From Vicinamibacterales bacterium (GTDB lineage Bacteria > Acidobacteriota > Vicinamibacteria > Vicinamibacterales > UBA8438), in the NCBI GenBank assembly GCA_965206705.1, contig CBDBKJ010000003.1, positions 19,403 to 83,402 of the forward strand: a stretch of DNA of 64,000 nt. The letters are read 5' to 3'. Position 1 is the stretch's first letter. The number at the start of each line of letters is the position of its first letter. The notes beneath the pieces were generated by a model. That model saw only the letters and a list, made by a program, of their open reading frames with translations, searched no databases and had not been told where the DNA came from. Shown here piece after piece: positions 1-8,115 of this stretch. The translations under genes were made by a program, and so were the position numbers.

Positions 1-74
1 CGTGGGGGCCAAGGCGAGCTCCCCTCGAGCCGGCGCCGGCGAGCGCTTCGTGTGCTTCCACAGGAATTGTGCCG

Positions 75-275
75 ACGAAACACACCAATTCAAGCCGCGA
101 ACAGCGGGTCGACGACTCCGGAAAAACCGCGCTGACACAGGAATAACGGCCGGATCCCTCCAGAACACACGAACCAAGGCCGGATACCGCCCGACCCGCG
201 GGATACTGCAGACATGGCGAAGGAAGCACGAACCTAGAGAGACTACCTCCCGGTCGCAGCACGGAATCCGCGGGC
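75..275 (+). repeat. array of degenerate ~17-nt motifs in the leader of the NTase operon (operator/iteron-like)
   Basis: Same-strand copies AAACACACCAATTCAAGCC (78-96), ACACAGGAATAACGGCC (135-151), AACACACGAACCAAGGCC (164-181). Weaker copies at 226-239 and 259-275. Related to the motif trio at 6845-6930. Confidence 0.45.
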
Positions 276-368
276 GGACGCGGACGAGCAGCGGGACGCG
301 GACGACCCGACGATCATCAACCGTTAGAATCAACAGGGACGCGCGCCAACAGCACCGGAGCGACGAGG

Positions 369-833
369 ATGAACGACGGACCCAAGCCCGAAGAATGGCG
401 CCGCCTGCGAGCTCAGGTGAAGGCCGAGGACCGCGACGACGAGCCCGCGGTCCTCGGACCACCCGAAGCGTTCACGGACATGCGCGGCACCGCCAACGAC
501 CGGGCACGATTCGGAATACCGACGTCGGCAGAGGAGACGGGACCGGCGAGCGCCGCGATCGCGCGGCGAATCACGAAAAGCTGCGCTGGCTGGCGGCGAC
601 CGCCGACGACCCAGGAGTTCTTCGAGGCGGTGCACGCAACCGACCCCAGCGAGCGCCAAGCTACGATTATCGGCATGTGGCTGCGGGAAGCGCCGATCGA
701 CGAGGTCGTGCTGGCTTGCGCCGAAGAGGCCTACACGCTGCGCGAACTGATCGCGGCCATCCACCGGACGGGAAACGCCCGCAGACACCCGGCCCGGAAC
801 CAGGAACTGAACCGGCTGGCGCTGGCGCGATGA
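369..833 (+). CDS. hypothetical 154-aa protein, upstream partner of the AbiEii-like nucleotidyltransferase (candidate antitoxin/regulator)
   Basis: ATG ORF whose TGA (831-833) overlaps the ATG (830) of the next gene (ATGA coupling). No family motif recognisable by eye. Composition matches its neighbour. Confidence 0.45.
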   Translation: MNDGPKPEEWRRLRAQVKAEDRDDEPAVLGPPEAFTDMRGTANDRARFGIPTSAEETGPASAAIARRITKSCAGWRRPPTTQEFFEAVHATDPSERQATIIGMWLREAPIDEVVLACAEEAYTLRELIAAIHRTGNARRHPARNQELNRLALAR

Positions 834-1783
834 CACAACTGACCTTCCCGGAACCAGCCGCGGACCTACTCGCGAGAAGCCACAAGATTCTCGACCGCCA
901 CCTAACGCCCCACACGCCCAGCGAGTCGGGCTGGGCGATCGGGGGCGGCAGCGCCCTCGCGGCACGGTGGAAGCACCGCTGGAGCAAGGACCTCGACATC
1001 ATCGTCGAGATCGAGACGGAGTTCGCCCAGCTCACGGAAGCCGAGAACCCCAGTCTCTGGCGTGAGATGCGAGCGGCCGGGGCGACGACGATCGAGTCCG
1101 AAGGCACCTTGCGGTTCAAGTTCGGCGAGCGGCAGATCGAGATCCTGCGCGACGAACTCACGCCAGGGGCAGGCCAAGAACGGATCGAACTCGCGTGCGG
1201 AGACGCCGTCGTGCGGGCGACGATGCTCAGCACAGCGCAGATCCTCTACTCGAAGCTCCACCACCGCGGTTTCGGCGCCCCGGTGCGCGACCTATACGAC
1301 ATGGCCGTCGCCTACCAACGCGCGCCAGACGCGCTCGCGACCGCCGTCAACGCGCGGCCCGAACGACTCGTCAGAACCGCTGCCTGGACGTGGGACGCCC
1401 AGAATGACGACTACCGGAAGGACGCCGAGGCGGAACTGCGAAACGTACCCGCCGAGTACAAGCACATCCAAGAGAACCCAGGAACCCACGCCGCGACCGC
1501 CGTCACGGAAAGCCGGTACCGGTTCATGACGATTGAAGTGGCCCCGCCGGCCATCGTCACACGGTACGGGAGCGAGAAGTTCGAACGACAGGCCGTGTAC
1601 ACGGCCTCCGCGGAAGCCCTCGAACGTTTCGAAGCCGATGGGCTGAACGCCGCCCTGAAGGCCCGGGGATGGAACCCGAAACGGATCCTGAAGGAAGCGA
1701 CGACCGCACTCAAGGACGGCCAAGCATTGACGATCACGCCCATAGCAGAAACCCGGAAGAAGACCACCGATGGCAGCGACTAA
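830..1783 (+). CDS. nucleotidyltransferase, AbiEii/AbiGii (DUF1814) toxin family
   Basis: In-frame ATG at 830 inside track ORF 2..1783. GGGSALAARW...SKDLDI minimal NTase signature as in AbiEii toxins. The 276 codons upstream in the track ORF are Arg/Pro-rich noise. Confidence 0.7.
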   Translation: MTQLTFPEPAADLLARSHKILDRHLTPHTPSESGWAIGGGSALAARWKHRWSKDLDIIVEIETEFAQLTEAENPSLWREMRAAGATTIESEGTLRFKFGERQIEILRDELTPGAGQERIELACGDAVVRATMLSTAQILYSKLHHRGFGAPVRDLYDMAVAYQRAPDALATAVNARPERLVRTAAWTWDAQNDDYRKDAEAELRNVPAEYKHIQENPGTHAATAVTESRYRFMTIEVAPPAIVTRYGSEKFERQAVYTASAEALERFEADGLNAALKARGWNPKRILKEATTALKDGQALTITPIAETRKKTTDGSD

Positions 1784-1915
1784 TCTCGGCGCCGCGCAAG
1801 TACAGGAGCCGGTGGCTCCCAGCCACCCCGACCGAAGTCCGGGGCTGCTCCGTACGCCTTCGGTTCTGGCGCGCGACGATCACCCGACAGCGGACGGCTA
1901 ACTCTCGCTACTAAG

Positions 1916-3218
1916 GGCTCTCGCCACAATAAAGTAGTCATGCTTGGAGATTGGTGTTATCCTCGGTTCTCGTGGACAACGTACTGACACAAGTGATACA
2001 GGAGAAGTTTGCCGCGATTGGACCTTTGCTCAACGAAAGGACGCGACGGCGTTGGGCGGCGGTAGAGGCAAGGGCGCTCGGACGCGGTGGAATTGCGCGG
2101 GTGGCCGAGGCAACGGGGTTGTCGAGGGCGACGATCGGCGCGGGCCTGCGGGAATTGGCCGATGGGCCGGCAGACGACGATATTGCGGGACGGTTGCGCA
2201 GCCCGGGGGCGGGTCGCAAAGCGCTGGCCGTTCACGACGCCGGCTTGGTGGCGGCGTTGGAAACGGTGGTCGATCCGGCCACGCGCGGCGACCCGACCGG
2301 ACCGTTGCGCTGGACCTGCAGCAGTGCGGCGCGGCTGGCGCGGGAACTCCAAGACGCGGGCCACCGGGTCAGTGAGCGCTCGGTGAACCGGCTGTTGCAC
2401 GAGTTGGGCTACAGTCTGCAAGCGAACCGCAAAACGCTGGAGGGAAAGCAGCATCCGGACCGGGACGCGCAGTTCAACCACATCAACCGCCGGGTGCGGG
2501 CTTTTCAGCGGCAGCGGCAGCCAGTGGTGTCGGTGGACACGAAGAAAAAGGAGCTCGTCGGACCCTTCAAGAACGGGGGTCGGGAATGGCGTCCGCACGG
2601 CCACCCGGAACCGGTTCGCGTCCACGATTTTCCGGACAAGGCACTCGGCAAGGCGATTCCGTACGGCGTGTACGACCTGACCCGCGACGCCGGGTGGGTG
2701 AGCGTCGGTATCGATCACGACACGGCGTCGTTCGCGGTCGAGACGTTGCGGCGCTGGTGGCGGCGGATGGGTCGCGTATCCTATCCGGCCGCGGGCCGGT
2801 TGTTGATCACGGCTGACGGAGGTGGTTCGAACGGCAGCCGCAACCGTCTGTGGAAGTGGGAGCTGCAGCAGTTCGCCGACGAGACGGGGCTCCAGACTTC
2901 GGTGTGCCACTTTCCACCTGGAACGAGCAAGTGGAACAAGATCGAGCACCGGATGTTCTGCCACATCACGGAGAACTGGCGGGGCCGGCCGCTGGTGAGT
3001 CGCGAGGTGGTAGTGAACCTGATCGGCCACACGACGACGCGGAGCGGTTTGGCGATCCGTTCCGAGTTGGACGCGAACAGCTACCCCACGGGACGGCCGG
3101 TGACGGCGGAACAGATGGAAAGTCTTTCACTCAAGCGGGACAGGTTCCACGGCGACTGGAACTACAGTCTTACGCCACGAGAAACCACAAACTGATCAAG
3201 TTATTTTGGCGAGCTGCC
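1916..3218 (+). mobile_element. ISAzo13-family insertion sequence, intact copy
   Basis: Imperfect terminal IRs GGCTCTCGCCACAATAAAGTAG (1916-) and the reverse complement of 3195-3218, GGCAGCTCGCCAAAATAACTTG. Flanked by TAAG at 1912-1915 and 3219-3222. Single transposase ORF. Confidence 0.8.
1951..3195 (+). CDS. ISAzo13-family DDE transposase (414 aa)
   Basis: Full-length ORF with the conserved blocks SVDTKKKELVG, IPYGVYD, ITADGGGSN, HFPPGTSKWNKIEHRMF, typical of ISAzo13/Rhodopirellula-type transposases. Confidence 0.9.
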   Translation: MVLSSVLVDNVLTQVIQEKFAAIGPLLNERTRRRWAAVEARALGRGGIARVAEATGLSRATIGAGLRELADGPADDDIAGRLRSPGAGRKALAVHDAGLVAALETVVDPATRGDPTGPLRWTCSSAARLARELQDAGHRVSERSVNRLLHELGYSLQANRKTLEGKQHPDRDAQFNHINRRVRAFQRQRQPVVSVDTKKKELVGPFKNGGREWRPHGHPEPVRVHDFPDKALGKAIPYGVYDLTRDAGWVSVGIDHDTASFAVETLRRWWRRMGRVSYPAAGRLLITADGGGSNGSRNRLWKWELQQFADETGLQTSVCHFPPGTSKWNKIEHRMFCHITENWRGRPLVSREVVVNLIGHTTTRSGLAIRSELDANSYPTGRPVTAEQMESLSLKRDRFHGDWNYSLTPRETTN

Positions 3219-3282
3219 TAAGGGTCGACGCAGAAATAGATTCCGTTTTTGTGCTACATGGGTTCAATGGTGTAGTTCCATT

Positions 3283-4866
3283 GTAATTGGTTACCGGGTC
3301 GGGTCAGTGCGTGCGGCGGACGTCGAACCGCGGGCGAGGCGTCGAAGGACCGCGGTGGGTGACGTCCGGGTGCACAAAAATGCACAAGTGCCGATAAGCC
3401 AAGTATGCGCCCAACCCGCAGCCAGCAGGACGCGCCCCGGCCGACGCGGGAGGAGCACACGCGCGTGAAGCGCGAGCTCGAGGAGGCCGAGCGTGAACGC
3501 GGACGGCTGCAGCGGCGGATCGAACGGCTCGAGAAGCAGAACACCCGCCTGAGACGAGAGCTCGATGCGGCGAGACGCGCCGGGTATCGCCAAGCCGCGC
3601 CCTTCGCCAAGACCCTCACCTCACGACCCAAGCGCCCAGGCCGACGAGCCGGCGTCCAGTACGGCCAGCCGGCACGCCGGTGCAGGCCAACCCGGGTCGA
3701 TGTCCGCCACGACGTACCGCTGCCGCCGGGCTGTCCGGCTTGCGGTGGACGAGTCCGCTCGACGGGCGTGGCCACCCAGTTCCAGGAAGAACTGCCGGTC
3801 CCGCGGGTCGTCGTCCGCGAGTTTCGGGTCGCACTCGGCGCCTGTCAGGACTGCGGCCGGCGGGTGCAGGGCCGCCATCGGCTGCAGACCTCCGATGCCC
3901 TCGGGGCCGCCGCCGTGCAACTGGGCCCCGGGTTGGTGGCGTCGGTGGTCATCCTCAACAAGCAGATGGGGTTGTCGTTCGGCAAGATCGCCACCCTGCT
4001 GCGGCAACACTACGACATCCGTGTCAGTCCGAGCGGCCTGGTCCGCGCCGTGCATCGCGCCGCCCGCCGGGCCGAGCTGACCTATACCGAACTGCTGCGC
4101 CAGATCCGCAACAGCCCCGCCGTCACCCCGGACGAAACCGGGTGGAAGGTCGGCGGCCACCTGCAGTGGCTCTGGGCTGCCGTCGCGCCGAAGACGACCG
4201 TCTACGCGATTCAGCCCGGACGAGGCTATGAGGAGGCCGCCAACCTGTTGGGGCCGGACTTCGACGGCGTGCTCATCCGCGACGGCTGGGCGCCGTATCG
4301 GCGCTTCACCCAAGCCACCCATCAGACGTGCCTCGCCCACCTCCTCCGACGGGGACGGACCCTGTGCAGGGACCATCCCCGCAGTCGCGTCGCCGCCGAC
4401 ATCCACGCCTCGTTGAAACAGTCGCTGCGCCTGCGCGATGACGCCCGTGCGGGCAGGCTGTCGCGCGACGGCCTCGGCGAAGCCGTCGAAGCCCTGGCCG
4501 CCCGACTCGCCCGACGACTGACCCGCCCCGGCCCTCTCGCCGACGTTCAGCGCTTCGCGGCGCATCTGACCAGGGAATGGACGGCGCTGTTCAACTTCCT
4601 GTGCATCCCCGCCATCGACGCCACCAACTGGCGCGCCGAACAGGCCATTCGCCCCGCCGTCGTCACCCGCAAGGTGTGTGGAGGCAATCGCTCCTGGCGC
4701 GGCGCGGCCACGCAACAGACGCTGGCCTCGGTCATCCGCACCGCCTGCCAACGTCAGTGCAATCCGCACGCCGTGATCGTGGGACTACTTCGATCGCCTT
4801 CGCCCACTGTTGCACCCGAACTGCAAGGCCCCGCACCGTAGAACCTGCCACCCGGTAACCAATTAC
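3283..4866 (+). mobile_element. IS66-family IS (single-ORF, ISBst12-like) inserted into the ISAzo13 transposase gene
   Basis: Perfect 17-bp terminal IRs GTAATTGGTTACCGGGT (3283-3299 and the reverse complement of 4850-4866). 8-bp direct target duplication GTTCCATT at 3275-3282 and 4867-4874. No tnpA/tnpB-like ORFs. Confidence 0.88.
3405..4841 (+). CDS. IS66-family transposase (TnpC-type, 478 aa)
   Basis: N-terminal leucine-zipper-like ELEEAERERGRLQRRIERLEKQN, a CPACGG zinc-finger motif and the DETGWKVGG catalytic block, all typical of IS66 TnpC. Confidence 0.9.
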   Translation: MRPTRSQQDAPRPTREEHTRVKRELEEAERERGRLQRRIERLEKQNTRLRRELDAARRAGYRQAAPFAKTLTSRPKRPGRRAGVQYGQPARRCRPTRVDVRHDVPLPPGCPACGGRVRSTGVATQFQEELPVPRVVVREFRVALGACQDCGRRVQGRHRLQTSDALGAAAVQLGPGLVASVVILNKQMGLSFGKIATLLRQHYDIRVSPSGLVRAVHRAARRAELTYTELLRQIRNSPAVTPDETGWKVGGHLQWLWAAVAPKTTVYAIQPGRGYEEAANLLGPDFDGVLIRDGWAPYRRFTQATHQTCLAHLLRRGRTLCRDHPRSRVAADIHASLKQSLRLRDDARAGRLSRDGLGEAVEALAARLARRLTRPGPLADVQRFAAHLTREWTALFNFLCIPAIDATNWRAEQAIRPAVVTRKVCGGNRSWRGAATQQTLASVIRTACQRQCNPHAVIVGLLRSPSPTVAPELQGPAP

Positions 4867-6727
4867 GTTCCATTTTGGCAGGGCGCTGTTCGGCGTGATG
4901 CGCAGCTCTCCGCATTTGGGCGTCGGTGACCTTGACGCCGGTCTTGTAGGTTCTCCGCACCAGGTGGGCGCGCACACGCAGGCCAGTGGAGGTGCGGGTG
5001 GTGCGCAGGTATTTCAAGATGGTCAGGAAGCTGTCGAGCGGGCGGCCCGCCCAGTTCTTGCTGATCTCGCAGAACAGGCGGTGTTCGATGGGGTTCCACT
5101 TCGACGTGGCCGGCGGGTAGTGCGACACCGTCACGCGCAAGCGGTGGCGGTTGCAGAGGCGATGTTGCAGGTTGAACTTCCAGGCCCGCGCCGTGCAGCT
5201 GTTGCTGCCGCCGCCGTCGGCCAGGATCTGCAGGGCCTCGGCATCGGGATAGTGCTTGCGGCCCTCGGTGCGCCACCACTTCTCGATGCAGTCGACGGCG
5301 AACGCCGGGGTGTCGGCGGTTCTGCCGACGAAGACGGTGCCGGCGTTGGCCCGGGGGTCGTAGATGCCGTAGGGGACGGCGAGGCCCTCGGCCTCGGAGC
5401 GAAAGTCGTGGTCGTTGACGAGTTCGGGACTGCGGTCCCACTTGGCGCCGGGATTGCGGAACGCACCGACGAGCTCCTTCTTCTTCGTATCGACGCTGAT
5501 GAGGGGGATGTTGTCGGCGGCACAGCGCTCGCGCGATTTGGTGATGTGCCGGAACTGCTCGTCGCGGTTCGGATGCGAGGCGCCGGCGAGCTTCTTGTGG
5601 TTGACGCGCAGCGAATAGCCCATCGCCTTGAGCAGTCGAGCGACCGTCTGCGGGCAGACGTTGATGCCGAGCCCGCGGAGCTCGTCGGCAAGCTTGGCGG
5701 TCGTGCGGCGTGTCCACTTCAGACCGCTGACGGGGTCCCCGGCCGTCTCGTGGGCCATCAAGGCTTCGATGCGGGCGATGACTTCCGGTGTTTTTTTTCC
5801 AGGCGCCGCCGCCCGCCCCCCGCACGCCGCACCCGGTCGACATCGACATCGCGCTCGACGAGTTGTCGGCGGCCGGTGGCGACGGTGGTGGGGTCGACGG
5901 CGAGCAACTCCGCGACGCGCCGGTCGCCGCCCCACCCGCACTTGAGGGACTCGAGCCCCGCGAACAGACGGCGCTGGCGTTCGTCGAGGAGGCTGGCGAA
6001 CAGGACGATGGCGGCGCGGAGCTCCTCCGGCATCAGGTCGACATCGGGCAGGGGCCGTACGAGTCCGGGGGTGGCGAGCAGCAGTCGCCGGGCCCGCAGC
6101 TGTTGGGTCTGATGGCTGCGGTCGGCCGCGCAATACAGGAACTGGCGTGCGAGCTTGTGCCGGGTCAACCGCCCGTCGCGGACGAGCTTGCGCAGCGCGT
6201 CCTGGGTGCCGACATGGAGCAGGTTGTCCAACTCTTCGCCGAAGTGCCCCGCCTGCGCCTGGTTGACGAACGACTCGGCGGTTGCGATCAGCGTGCCGGC
6301 GCTGGAGAACCTGATCTCGTCGAAGGACCACAGGCCTCGGTCGTCGAAGCCCACGAGTTCATCGAGGGTGTAGTAGCCGCCGCGATGGGAGTAGCTGGTG
6401 CGGGCGGCGAGGCCCCTGAGCTTGCGAAACGCGGTGCGCCTGGCACGGGTGCCGAGCGCCGCCATCACGTCGGCGAGTGAGACGACGGTCTGCTTGCGCA
6501 GCAAGGCGACGACCGTGTCCGCGGAGAATTCGGTTAGTCTCATTCTGGCACCATTACGGAATACGATTCCGCAATCATGCCATAAACACGGTCAGAATGC
6601 ACCACAAAATCAAGGAGAACTCGACTGTCACAGGGCTGGATGCGAGGGGTGCGAGGTTTGCGGACAGGTTGACTCTACAGCGCCATTGCAGGTATTTCTA
6701 TGAAGTTATTTTTGCGCGGACCCTAAG

Positions 6728-6820
6728 GACAGCGATCGATATAAAGTTGCCAACTGCACCCAGCCGCAACCCGTCTTTTGCGGCTTCGCGCGCTTGGCAC
6801 ACGGCAAGGTAATTTGCGTC
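6728..6820 (+). repeat. ~90-nt structured repeat element, copy A (inverted copy at 35161-35250)
   Basis: About 80% identical to the reverse complement of 35161-35250. Contains the hairpin AGCCGCAA/TTGCGGCT and the block GTTGCCAACTGCACCC. Abuts the IS end at 6723 through TAAG. Confidence 0.7.
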
Positions 6821-6844
6821 AGTGTCCTCTAACCCCTAAGCACC

Positions 6845-6930
6845 GACAGAAGAATTCTGCACGAAGACGACAAGTCACAGAAAAACACGAATTCTGACCG
6901 AATCAAAGGAAACACACGAATTCTGGCCAA
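6845..6930 (+). repeat. three direct GAATTC-containing motif copies in a low-GC patch (operator/iteron/transposon-end-like)
   Basis: CAGAAGAATTCTGCACG (6848-6864), AAACACGAATTCTGACCG (6883-6900), AAACACACGAATTCTGGCC (6910-6928). GAATTC cores are spaced 37 and 29 bp apart. Local GC is about 45% against about 69% overall. Sits exactly where abiEii homology ends. Confidence 0.5.
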
Positions 6931-7265
6931 ACGGCCAGGATTCATGTGGATGCACACTTCGGGCCATCAGGTCGACGCGAATACGGTCCGGGCTCAGCCA
7001 TTCGCCGGGATCCGTTCCGGAAAGGAACCCGCGCGCCTCCAGCAGGTCCGACAGGAGCGGCGTGTCGCTCAAGTGCCGCTGGCGCTACACAGAAGTCTGC
7101 GTCGGTCGTGTACTCAGCCGCAGCGAAATCGGCGTCGCCGGTGTGGAGATAGATGGCCTGAGCGCCGACGAGCACGACAGCGTCGAGCTGTTCGGTCAGT
7201 GCATCGGCGGCGTCGAGCAACGCAGTACGGGCGCGAACGTACAGCGGGTCAGGACCGCCAGACAT
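6875..7265 (-). pseudogene. AbiEii-family nucleotidyltransferase toxin, frameshifted and 3'-truncated remnant
   Basis: [43 protein letters not shown] (ORF 6942..7265) continues in another frame (ORF 6875..7072, SDTPLLSDLLEARGF). Only about 125 of about 280 expected residues remain. Confidence 0.65.
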
Positions 7266-7860
7266 GCTCGTTCTTCTCCATCCACTTCAACATCTGCTCG
7301 CCCTGTGACGGCTCCCGACCGGGTCCGGTCAGCAGATCCACGGCGAGTTGGCTGGGAGCGACTAAGCGAAGGCCGTCGCGCTCGACCGTCCGATCGAAGA
7401 CGACGGGATCGAGAGGCTCCAGAAGCACCGCATTGGCGCCCGCATCGGTCTCGCGGAGATCGAGGCGGTCGATGGCCTGGATCGCGTCGGTGACGTAGAT
7501 GGCCGCCAGCCTTGCAGGAGCGATGGGATCGAATCGCTGAACCGCAAGAGCGCCGGTGGCGGCGTACGCGAGCTCCGTCGCGCGAAGCTTTTTGTCGAGG
7601 GCCGGCAGACCTCGTGGCTCGAGAACCGTCGTTGGTGTGTGGGAATCGGTCTGGTCGTAGTTCTCGGCCCACCGGCGAATGGCGCCCTGCCAGTCGACTG
7701 TCGAGACGGCCCCGCGTGCACGGGTGACGATTGCCTCGCGGTCCAGCAAGTCCAGTACGCGCGACAGGGTCGGCGCCGACGCGCCAGTCGACTGAGCCAG
7801 CTCACGGACACCGCTTCGGGCTGGGGCTCGCACGCTCCGCGACCGACGCGGACGTGCCAA
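7249..7860 (-). CDS. AbiEi-family type IV antitoxin / HTH transcriptional regulator
   Basis: 203-aa ORF with an N-terminal wHTH-like [28 protein letters not shown]. Its stop overlaps the start of the downstream abiEii remnant by 17 nt. Confidence 0.65.
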   Translation of the reverse strand: MARPRRSRSVRAPARSGVRELAQSTGASAPTLSRVLDLLDREAIVTRARGAVSTVDWQGAIRRWAENYDQTDSHTPTTVLEPRGLPALDKKLRATELAYAATGALAVQRFDPIAPARLAAIYVTDAIQAIDRLDLRETDAGANAVLLEPLDPVVFDRTVERDGLRLVAPSQLAVDLLTGPGREPSQGEQMLKWMEKNEHVWRS

Positions 7861-7980
7861 CTGGTCTGCTGACTTTGGTGCCCGGAAGGGGGGCGTTTTG
7901 GAGCGGTTCTGCGCGGAGCGAGGGGTCGAGAAAAGTCGATGGAGATGGCCCTCTGTCGCGAGAAAAGGGCCTTGATGAAT

Positions 7981-8057
<77 letters not shown>

Positions 8058-8115
8058 GTTCTTCAGGGACCAACAGCTTACACCGAGAGCCTCGACACTG
8101 CCAGCCGGAGTCCGT

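Larger units (their letters stand above)
3251..6543 (-). pseudogene. ISAzo13-family transposase, disrupted (two frameshifts plus an IS66 insertion)
   Basis: N-terminal part is ORF 5758..6543. The catalytic part lies in the frame of ORF 4754..6331 (SVDTKKKELVG, ILADGGGSN, HYPPATSKWNPIEHRLF). The frame changes at the T8/A8 run 5791-5798 and again near 4905-4912. The last codons ..PKWN|YTIEPM* are split by IS66 (4867-4874 versus 3251-3282). Confidence 0.8.
3223..6723 (-). mobile_element. second ISAzo13-family element (inverted relative to copy 1), inactivated by an IS66 insertion and frameshifts
   Basis: Ends GGTCGACGCAGAAATAGATTC (3223-) and the reverse complement of 6702-6723, GGGTCCGCGCAAAAATAACTTC, resemble each other and the copy-1 IRs. 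Flanked by TAAG at 3219-3222 and 6724-6727. Confidence 0.65.

Noticed and set aside
2-829. The first 276 codons of track ORF 2..1783 as part of a 593-aa protein
   Set aside because: The sequence is Arg/Pro/Thr-rich low-complexity with no domain pattern. A separate, better ORF (369..833) in another frame ends with an ATGA overlap on the internal ATG at 830, where NTase homology begins.
6745-6765. TTGGCAAC inside the 90-nt repeat as a sigma54 (-24/-12) promoter
   Set aside because: TGGCA is present, but the -12 TTGC element at the required 4-5 nt spacing is replaced by TATCG/TATAT in both copies.
7861-7980. An integrase gene or att-site direct repeat defining a classical tRNA-Arg-integrated island
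   Set aside because: No integrase ORF lies between the AbiEi gene and the tRNA. I found no second copy of the tRNA 3' end (GATTCGAACCTGT..) elsewhere in the window. The distal island border, if any, lies upstream of position 1.
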